Positions 22,129 to 32,000 of a DNA stretch of 32,000 bases are shown here, piece after piece. Position numbers and translations under genes: made by a program. The number at the start of each line of letters is the position of its first letter. The first letter of the stretch is position 1. Source of the DNA: Zygophlyctis sp. KS116 (lineage: Eukaryota; Fungi; Chytridiomycota); the NCBI GenBank assembly GCA_054661495.1, contig BAAFSQ010000009.1:30001-62000 (forward strand). Direction: 5' to 3'. Under the pieces are notes generated by a model. It had not been told where the DNA came from. It was given only the letters and a program-made list of their open reading frames with translations, and did no database searches.

Positions 22129-25100
22129 TTATTCTCTAAGCTTTACCTTTTTTTCTATAGGTACTAGACTGGCGAGCGTATTAGGCTTCTTGACAGAGTC
22201 TGGAAATAGTTTTGGTGGCTTTTCCAATGACATGGACATTCTCTTTGAGTACCATTTGCGTCCCTGAGATGATAATACGGCTGGTATGGCTGGAGGACGG
22301 ATGAGCCATGGGCCAAGATCTGGTTGTAAAACAGACGGCTTTCTATTAATAATTTAAAAAATACCTCTTTAAATGGGATTCTAGAATAATTATCAAGTGA
22401 AGACTGGGAAAGGCGAACTACAGGACAGACAACTTTCCATAAATCTTCTTCTCCTAAATATCTGTTTTCTTCAATCATGTTTAATTTGATTTTAGGAAAT
22501 ACAGATGTGTCAGATCTAGCAAATGCTTTAACTGATTCAGAAGTCATGACTGGAAGAACTGTACTGTCCACAACCAATTCATAGCAAATGGGTTTAGAAT
22601 GGCCAGGTAAGCTTAATAATAACTTGGCTTCATCTTCGCCTTCATCTCCTCCCTATAGATTTAAAATAGTCAAGTATTACTTCAACAATGACTTCAATTT
22701 TTGCTGATGAATGAGGTTCGATTATTAATTTTGTAGTGGAGAATTTTAAAGACATTCGCTTGTTTTTCCCAAAGAAACATCCTTCTTTTATCTCTGCTCC
22801 GTTAAAATCTGTAATCATAGTCTCAATAACAGTATCTCCAGTGTTTTGGATTTCAAAAGTCTTTGTAACCGATGTTCCGGTTGTGATTTTAGCATAGTCC
22901 ATACTAATTCTGTTGGCAGATATAGTGACACCGGCATTTGTATTTGTTTTTGTTTGGGGTTGAGTCGAACCAGAATTTGGACTTTGTTGTTTGAACTCTT
23001 CATTCATGACTGGTGTTTCAGCATCTAGCGAACAATCATTAATTTGAATACCAAATTCGCCACCAATTCCCTGCATTTTTATACTGTACAAAACTTCAAA
23101 CTCTTTGGCGGAAGAATATGTTTCATCTCGATAAACATCTTCCAAGACCTCTTCTAGACTTTCTTCTTCTTCTATATATGAAAAAGTAAGTAACCCCAAA
23201 AATTCTCCTTTATTTGCAGGATTGAATGTTATCTTTATAGTTCTTGAGCAATTTGGATTTAACAAAAATTCCCTACAAATTTAGCCGTTAAACAATATTT
23301 ACAAAGGCTGCACTAAAAACACTGGATTGTCAGATCTCGCCCTAACGATAAATGGCACACTTGTTGGATTAGAGACGCTGATCTCTTTAAATTCCGGACT
23401 AGATACGCCAACTACTCCAAAAAACGCTTCAGACTCTTCGCATCCTAATTTGGGAGAAACGCAGTCTCCAATCAGATCAATAATAAAGTTTCCTTGGTCA
23501 GATTCTAAGTAAGCCTTTGCAAGATATTCTACCGAAAACTGCGGAGAAAACATTATTGACAATTCTCTACTCTTTTTTGGCATCAAAATACCCTAATTAG
23601 TATTAGATATATCAATAATACACAGTGTTCCCCAATGATATTGAAAATTTCTTTATATTCTTCGCTAACGAATATCTTCCAATTAAGCGTTCGACGAGAT
23701 GGATTTTTTAAATTAAATTTATGATTTCGAGACTTATATGACAATAGCGAGCCAAAATCTATCGATCGGATAACTTCCAAAGGAGGACTCACCTGATAAA
23801 GTAAACCATAAAAATATTACATCAATCAAAGCCCCTTTCATAGGCAGCACAATAGGACTCATAGAATCCAAATGAGTAGTCAGCGTTATTTTACCTGTGT
23901 ATAACTGGCTACTAGGAGCTATTTCATCATCTTTGAACTCCCTGCTAAGCAGTGTAACTGAAATCGTTTCAAACATTTTAGGACCGATAGTTTTTGAGGA
24001 AGAAATTACTGAGAATTGCTTGAAATTAGATAACTAGTAAATTACATCGCCCTCTGTTTCAGGCCAAAATGCGATTTCAAACACATTAGGATTATAAATA
24101 ACCGTGTCTAAACTTCCTCCGGATCCATACGGCTTAAAATTAAATTTAGATAGGTTACCAGTGACCCAAAATTTAGTTCAGCAATGAGGTTATTTTGGAG
24201 CGCAGATTTATGGTCATATTGTCCATCTGCAAGGAAGACTATACTTTGAACTGAAAATGAAACATTTATCGGAATGACGTATGAAGCTCCATCTGTTACA
24301 GAAATTTTAAGAAACGCTTGTGGAGGCTCCATTTTCGACATCATTGACAGATAGTCAGAGTCCAATAGACCATTTTTATCTGTTTTAACTTCTAGAAACG
24401 CTTTAATCCAAAGACTCGCAGAAGCCCTATTATTTTATTTAACAATCAACCTACGAATCTTGTGAAGTAGACAGACTAAAAATGGCGGGCTCGACAGATA
24501 CAAATTCAGACAGACAAGCATTTGCGCTCGATATAGGATTGGTTGAGTAAACATAGCAATTTCCTACGATATCGAATTTGCAACCATTCCATATTGTCAA
24601 CTATTTCAGAATAAGACATAATGTAGATTACGTTTAATTCACAAAGACTACAGAAATCCAATTTACCTAAGTCTAATTCCTTTGGCAAGGTATTTCCATT
24701 CAACTTGTATTCTACACCTTGTCCGCTTAGTCGGAGAACTCTTTTGGCAATCTGTGTGGTAAAAGTTATATCTGAATCATAAAACGTAACTTCCTTTGGG
24801 GTAAATATTAAAATAACTTCAACAGATTCATTTGGATTAATGCTTCCAGTCATAAGTGAATTGTCTTTAAATGAAATCTGATCATTATATTGCCAAATGT
24901 CAGACACAGAATACTCAACTGTTGCGTTTCCCTGAGAATCATCCCACAAAAACATACCTCATTTTTCAAAATAATCTCAGCTTTCACCGAAGAATTGATA
25001 CTACATCTTCCAAAACTCACTATTTCTGGTTGAAAAGTCAATTTAGGGACCCCATTGGCTCCTTGAAGCTTAAATTCTCCCACATTGATCCATTCATCTT

Positions 25101-28100
25101 CCTTTGATTGCTATCAATATTAAAAAAAATATTTACTACTTTCTTTTCCACGGTTACAATGTACTCCACCAAATCACATACTTCTCCTTCAGGCGCAGCA
25201 AATCTGAAAGTAAGCGTGTCTTCATGACCTGGATTGAGCCGTCCTTCTTAACATTTTAAACATATAATATAAATACCTGCAGCACTGACTAAGGACCAAC
25301 TATCATGGATTTTACCATCGGCTGACGGAATACTTTGTAAAATTATTCGCCAATCCACAATATAGTTTCCAAAATTTTTAATCGAACGACTGACATCTAC
25401 ACTAGTACCCATCAAAATTCTCCCTACAGATATATCACTCTCAATATCTAAAGCAATTTCATCTTTGAAAGTTTGGAAGCTAAAGGGAAATTCTTGCATA
25501 ATTGGTTTGGTAAGGTGTGTAGAAATCTGGAAACAGCCTTCATAAATGGCAACTTCTTCTGGGATCATCGCCAAACATATTTCAAGAACTTCTCCTGGCT
25601 TCAGCTGCTTCTTAGAGGACCAATTTGGATTAAATGACAATTCATAATACTTCACCTTGGTATTTCCTGCTAAAAATTTATAAGAAATTGGAATATCAAG
25701 AGTCCCATCATTGGTTATCAATATTTTTCGCTCTTCTCTGGTGTAATATTTCATGTTTATAAATGAAAGATCGCCATCCAATTTCCAACTACAAGTACCA
25801 GCCTTGAACTTGAAAGGAAGTGGGAGAGGACTTCCATTTTCTTGTGTGACTTGTATGATATCTTTAACATTTTCAACCTGAAAAGGCTCAAAAATGATTC
25901 TGACCTCTTTAGAAGATTCATTCTTTATAGGTAAAAGTCCAGAGTGATTCCTTTCAAACTCAAACTTGAAATATTTAGGAAACACTAACCCGGCGAATCC
26001 TTCAATATTTCCTACATTTTCGATAATAAGAGTTTTCTCATAAATGTTTCCGATTACACATGTCCCCCAATCTAAGCCCTTAAATATCTCGTCTAAAGTT
26101 GAAGTGAATTTGAACTCAAATTTAGAACCGCCCCCCAATCCACGTAGAGAAATGTTTATCGGATCCTTAAGCCATAAAATCTTTAAGAATGATTTGAATT
26201 CCCCTTCTTTTGCTGGATGGAAAACTACATTAATAATTTTTTTCTCGCCTGTATCTAGAAGCCCCTCTTCAATACTCGCACTAAATACTTGCACAGCTGG
26301 AGTGAGTCCATCAGATACAGCCTCATTTGAGAATTCCAGCTTCCAAGTATCTTTATAAGTCCCGACATTTGAAATTGTCAAGGAAATCTTAGACTCAGTA
26401 TGCCTATTAACTAGACCAAAATCTATAGTTTTGATGTCTGATTCGAGATTCGGAGATCCTGCACGGCATTTTACAATAAAACTACGAACCAGGTCTTCAT
26501 CAGACATAACATTAAACTTTTGCCGATAAATTCCACATTCATAAGATAAAAATGTAGATTTCAGACTGATTGTAGTTCCTGGACATACATCCCCATAACT
26601 GGGTTGAATCGTGAAAGGATTTTCCAAGGTTTCATTCGATACGTTAGATACGTTAGAATTCTCTCTTGGTCTTACAACGTCGGAAATGTCAGCAACAACT
26701 ACAAACGGAAAAGCCATATTACCATCATTGGAGATATCAAACAGACAAATAGGTTCACTGCTAGTACCACTTCTAATGAGACCAAAATCATATATCTCTT
26801 CACATATAGCTGCTGGAAGAGAGCTTTCAAGGGGTTTCGCCAAATCGATGAGATCCGCAGATTTTTCCAATTTTCGAAGAGTTTGGCCCAAAAAATCCTT
26901 ATTTCGGACCCATTTTCCATCCGTTATTTTTTCCTTTACTGTTTTCACAACTTTAAAAGTTTCTTTGATTATTTCCAGGGAAATATTGTTCATGTCCAAA
27001 CCATTAAGTTGATCAAGAATAGCTTTTGTTTCGGAATCTGATGCAGCATTTTTGGTTGATTCTACTTTGGAGTATATATTTTCCAGGGATTTTTTCATTG
27101 TATCAGCTGTGTCAGTTAATTGAACCATAAGTGCAGTAAAACCGGGTTCACGAGATAATACAGGATCATCTACTTCTTTAGTAACATCCAGATCTTGCTG
27201 GGTTACTATTTTTGAAACACTTCCTGGAGTCCCAGAGCGGTATCGACGCTGTGAATTTGCGCTCGTCAACTGGCTTCTGGGAGAAGCCGGAGTAGTAGGA
27301 ATCAATCCCCCATTATCATCAAGCTGTTTGAGCTGGAGCTCGAAGTCCTTCTCCAATTTTTCGAGATCAGCCACGAATGACAGAGCTAATGACGCATGTA
27401 CGTCATGTGCCTTTAACTCAGTTCTTGAATGCCTCAAATTTGACCCATCAAATATTTGACTGTGTGAGAGGGATTTCGGTGGTTGAGATTGTCGTCTAGC
27501 AGACTGAACAGATACCGGCCGGGAAGAAGAATTTGACCCTGATATACTTTTGGAAAAAGGACTCTGAGTATCATCCTCCATTTCTGCAACATGTAGTCCT
27601 GTAATGTTAAAGGCATTTAAATTTTACCGGCTATAAGATCCTTGAGATTTTCTATATGTGCAAAGAGGATTTCCTGTTTGGCCCTTCCCATACTTTCGCG
27701 ATTATTAGATGCTATGGATTTAGCTGTAGAACCAGGCTGGTTTGAGATCTTTGCAATTCCTTTGCCACCTATTCCCGTCGCCACACCTGAATATGATTCG
27801 CCATCTTTTGTGCTGATATTGAAATTCAGCTCATAAGATCCAAGATAAAGTCTTGGCTTGATGAACAGTTTAGCAACTAACATTTCTCCGGGTGCAATAC
27901 TTCCACAGCTAGGTTCAAAATAAAAAATATCAAAATCCATAGATGCTAATGGAACTTTATCTTGAAATTGGTCGAGTATAGTAAATTGAAAATCAATTGT
28001 CCGAAATCCGGTATTAGATAGAGTGATCGGGCTAAATCGTGGCTTTCCAATGCATGATATTCCAAAATCAATATGTAGATGACCTGGTGGTATTTTCAAA

Positions 28101-31100
28101 TATGGAACTCCAACCACGCCATAACAAGTGGTGGACTTAACTCCTGCGTCGGTCTTAAAAGTGATTTGCGTTTTCAGAGAGTCATAGGTTTTTGGGAAAA
28201 ATTTAATATACAAGGTTAGAACTTCTCCAGCTTCTAACTGGCCGGTTTCTTTATCAAGAGTAATAAAAGAACCCGATATTTCTGAGGTCCACGTGCATAA
28301 GGCATTCCCATCGTTAATGATCTTAAATGGGATTGATTTTTCTGTGTCAATATACACAGTTCCAAAATCAAGCTCGGAACAACTGAACTTGAATGATGGT
28401 ATTCCAATTTTTGATTTCAAAGGAATATTCTGTGTAATCCATTCTGTATTGGATACTTTTTGCCATAACGCTCGGATATATGCCGATCCTGTGGACACGT
28501 GTGTGCAATCCAATAAGATTTTAATAGACACAAAATTTCCTGGAAAAATTGTATCACGATATTCAAGTGGATCACCAGATAAAAACCGATAATTTGGGCT
28601 GGATTGAACAATTTCTAATTCAATATTCATAGGGAGATATCCCACATTCTTAACAGAAAAATATTTTTCTACCTTTGATCCTATTTTTATATTCCCCCAA
28701 TCTAATGAATCTTCAGATGACCATTGAGAAGACCCACCTGTACCAGACAAAAAAATTGTTTTTTCTCCATATTGATGCCTGAATACAGCTCCTCCCAGTA
28801 CTCGGACCTGTCCTTTTGTTGGGTGAAACTCAACAGGTATCTCTACTTTCATACCGGGCGACAGACTCCATCTAAGATTATTAATTAAATAGTCTGAATG
28901 AATCGATCGTAAATAAAATTCCTGGTGTTCAAATGAAAAATTGATGACTTTAACTATTTGGATCGGAATTGACGATGAAACTGAACCTTTCACAATTCCT
29001 ACTGAATAAAGAGCATCTGCCTCTCTTTGATTTTTGGATCTATTCGCTTCATTAGTTTCAATAGGCACTAAGCCAAAATCTACACCTTTGGGGATAAATT
29101 CTAATGGTCTGTAACCAGATCCTTTCATTTTGATTTTAAGAGACTTAATTGATAAATTCTCAGCAGATTCATTTAGATCGAATTTGTAAGAGACTGAAAG
29201 TTCAGATATTGAATTTTTCCCATAAATGGTTCTATATCCAAGCCTGAAATGATATGAATGGTAAGGCGAAAGTCTGGGGATCAAATTAAAGGTATCTATA
29301 GAACTTGAAGTATTATCTGAGTCCGAAAGAACTATAATTCTGTGTCCTTGTTTCCCGTAATGCAGATTTTCGTTACTTTTTTGTTCTAAAACGGTGCTTG
29401 AGATGCCTTTGATATCTTTAAGTGATATAATCCAAGCGAGTCTTCTTCGGACAAAGCTCCATAAATCTCTTTCCCTATATATATCCCCATTCGATGTCAA
29501 AGATGTGTTTGAGACTGTATTAGTCACACCGACAAAATGAAGTCGAACCAAAGATGGGTTGGTACTTGTAACTTTATGAATGGCTAACGGCAATGTCCCC
29601 TTGTTAGTTAAATAAACAGAAATCCAGCTTATTGTGTCCTCCATTTGAAAGCCAAAATCTATGGGTTTTTTGTGATATTTTTCAGATATCAACTCTGCTG
29701 TACCACCAGTTGCATTAAGTACTATTACCTGATGCTTATTCGAATAAAAAATGTGTAGTTTTGATATAACTCTACCGGATTCAGATGGCTTGAATGAAAC
29801 TGTGAATTTACAAGACGTTTTGGGGGCAAGCTCGATCGTGTTAGGAATAATATAAAAGGGCAATGAGGCTAATATGCTAATGCGAGATTTGAAGTTCCCA
29901 GAGTTTGTTGCTGTAAAAGTCTTGGAACATTCTTCTGATACAAGAACGCAACCAAAATCAATCATATCAGGCACTTCGGAAATTGATGATACACAAGCTT
30001 GCCCTCTTAAAGATAAAAAGCCTATTTTACAAAATGATAATTCCTTTGAATCTGATTTTCGAGCATAAATTTCAGCTATTGCTTCATATTGACCGCTCGC
30101 TTCTGATGCGAATCTAACTGTTAATGAACTGGACTCCCCTCCAAATAACTCCCCTTCTTTTTTGGTGAAGATGAATGAGTTATATTTTTTGGAACCGTCG
30201 TTGATTTTCAAAATCCAAAAAATGCTTTCTTCTTGAATATTGTGAATTGTGACGGTAAGTTCAGACGCTTGTCCAGTTGAGATTTCTCCTCCTGATGCCT
30301 CGATCATTCCAAAGTCTAAAAATGTTATTCCATCACTGTTAGGAAAAGGTGTGACAATTACGTTCAGAGACTGCTCAGCAAAAATCTGTCCAGAATCAAA
30401 GCCGCCATCTTCTTCAGTTACTGCGAAAACGGCGCCTTTGACCGATATATATGGCGGAATATTAGAAGGAGGAGAAAATAAAATTTCAAATTGCCGAACT
30501 TCACCCGATTCAATACAAGCATTTCCCTGGCTAGGAGTAAACAGTGGCGAAGTAAATATGCTTAACGACTTCATGATTTTGCCACTGTTTGAAAAAGAAA
30601 AAGCAATAGATTTAGATCTGAATGTCTTAAAACCTTCAGAAGTTCCAGTGGATGTATCAAAATATGATCCTATCGAACATTATTTACGCATTCATACCTG
30701 GCATCAAAAATCCACGAGGAAATTCGCCCAATAATCTAAAATCACGTTTTTTATCTGAACCAGTCGTTTGCTGATTCTCAAGAAAAAAAATTTCTCTTTC
30801 TGAGGAAGTGGGATATTCATTTTCCATTTTACTGGAACTAATCCATTTTTTGAAAAATTCCAGAGCCTGGCTGTTGCAAACATTGTCAGCTCCGATGCAT
30901 ATTCCGATCAGCTTTAATGGTTGACGAAGCAAGGTACAATCAAAATTATTTGGATTGGGATTAAAGATCAACAAAGAGATAATTTGAATAAGAGGTCCCT
31001 GGTCATGTGCGTTAAAAGTAAAAGAAATCGGTATAACTGAGAATTGTTGAATAACCTGCGGATATTCTAAATCCGCAATGCTATTAGATATAGTACTCTT

Positions 31101-32000
31101 TCTTTCACATTTATCGAGAGATTTTTGTTGGATGCAAAATTTTAGTGGGTACTGACTTCGGTTCACAAGTGGTAGAGTTAGTGAATCAGATTTATCAATA
31201 TGACAGGCTTTGAAAAATACGTATTCCCAAGTGAGAAATACTAACGGTTGCCCAAAAAAGGCCCTGATATTTATCTTTGTATCTTGCAAGTATGAGCAAA
31301 TAACATCGATAACTCCATTGACATTGCCCTCTTGAGAATAATTTAGGCAAATGTTAATTGTTTTGGCTATTTTGGGTCCCACTTCAATTAAATAAGGACA
31401 CTGTATAAATCCCTGTCTGCAGTGAAGGGCCACATGAATAGTTTTATCGCTAAGATTAAATACTGTTAAAGATCTTGAAATTGGTTTTGAAGGCTCACAA
31501 ATACCAAAGTCCACAATTTGATTTTTAGAAAGACCATCAGCCAATGTTGCCATAACCGCTTGTAAAATGGGTCTATCCCTTTCTGTGATACGGATTTTAC
31601 CGGATGGATTAGATGAAAACTTGTTTAGAAAAGCTGATCTTTCACGACTTAAACTTTCGGCGGTAAGCGCTGAGTCATCCTCGGTTTCGGGATATAATAC
31701 GATAGGAACACCAGCAGTGAATTTCACAAAGATTTTCGCCATATCCCCGCCAGGCCCGGTTATTTCTACAATATCATCGAAAAATCCGGGAGATCTTGCA
31801 TGTAAATCAAGTTCTATTTGTGCGTATTCCTTAGGTCGCAACTGGCAAGTATGTTTGCTTAATTCAAATATATTTTGAGGCTTCGATTGTTTTTCTGCAT
31901 CAGATCTGCAGTTTAAGAGGGAGAGGTTTAAAGTCATTGGAGAATTAGAGACATTTGTTACTTTAAATGTGACCATTTTGGAATCATCTGGCGATATCCA
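22129..32000 (-). CDS. Giant ASH/PapD-like Ig-repeat protein (HYDIN/CFAP47/CFAP65-like class), 5'-truncated, at least about 3150 aa in the window
   Basis: 14 introns: 30670-30697, 27599-27627, 25247(or 25244)-25276, 25111-25136(or 25139), 24932-24957, 24601-24631, 24427-24454, 24133-24158, 24019-24045, 23793-23820, 23593-23621, 23273-23302, 22653-22680, 22339-22364. They give one open frame from 32000. Repeated (I/L)DFG-x(10-14)-(I/L)xNxG...F.P units. The orthologue and the last exon are uncertain. Confidence 0.75.

Noticed and set aside
26044-31878. Plus-strand ORFs (26044-26358, 26604-27041, 28293-28592, 30249-30734, 31567-31878) and similar antisense ORFs elsewhere
   Set aside because: They lie opposite long coding exons, have no motifs, and are expected antisense shadows.

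Overview
AT-rich eukaryotic DNA in the standard code. It is most likely from a flagellated (zoosporic, chytrid-like) fungus: fungal chitin deacetylase, P3A H+-ATPase and Sec2 sit beside radial spoke protein 3 and a giant ASH/Hydin-like protein. The fragmented ORF track resolves by hand into 12 spliced genes (one runs off the right edge), plus a possible gene end at the left edge and a 568-bp non-autonomous hAT element. The 12 genes are joined by 49 inferred GT-AG introns, all 24-33 nt (mean about 28). Every spliced model restores frame, and many restore conserved motifs. Beyond the uniformly tiny introns, the main signals are: (1) frequent AAG acceptors and often no polypyrimidine tract; (2) extreme gene packing, with 13-98 bp spacers and one shared TTAA stop; (3) a TGACG/ATGACGT motif just upstream of many start codons; (4) a beta-tubulin with a net-basic rather than acidic C-terminal tail; (5) a hAT insertion that splits a GC-rich hairpin next to a patchwork of locally repeated sequence. 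All introns are inferred from sequence, with no transcript evidence.
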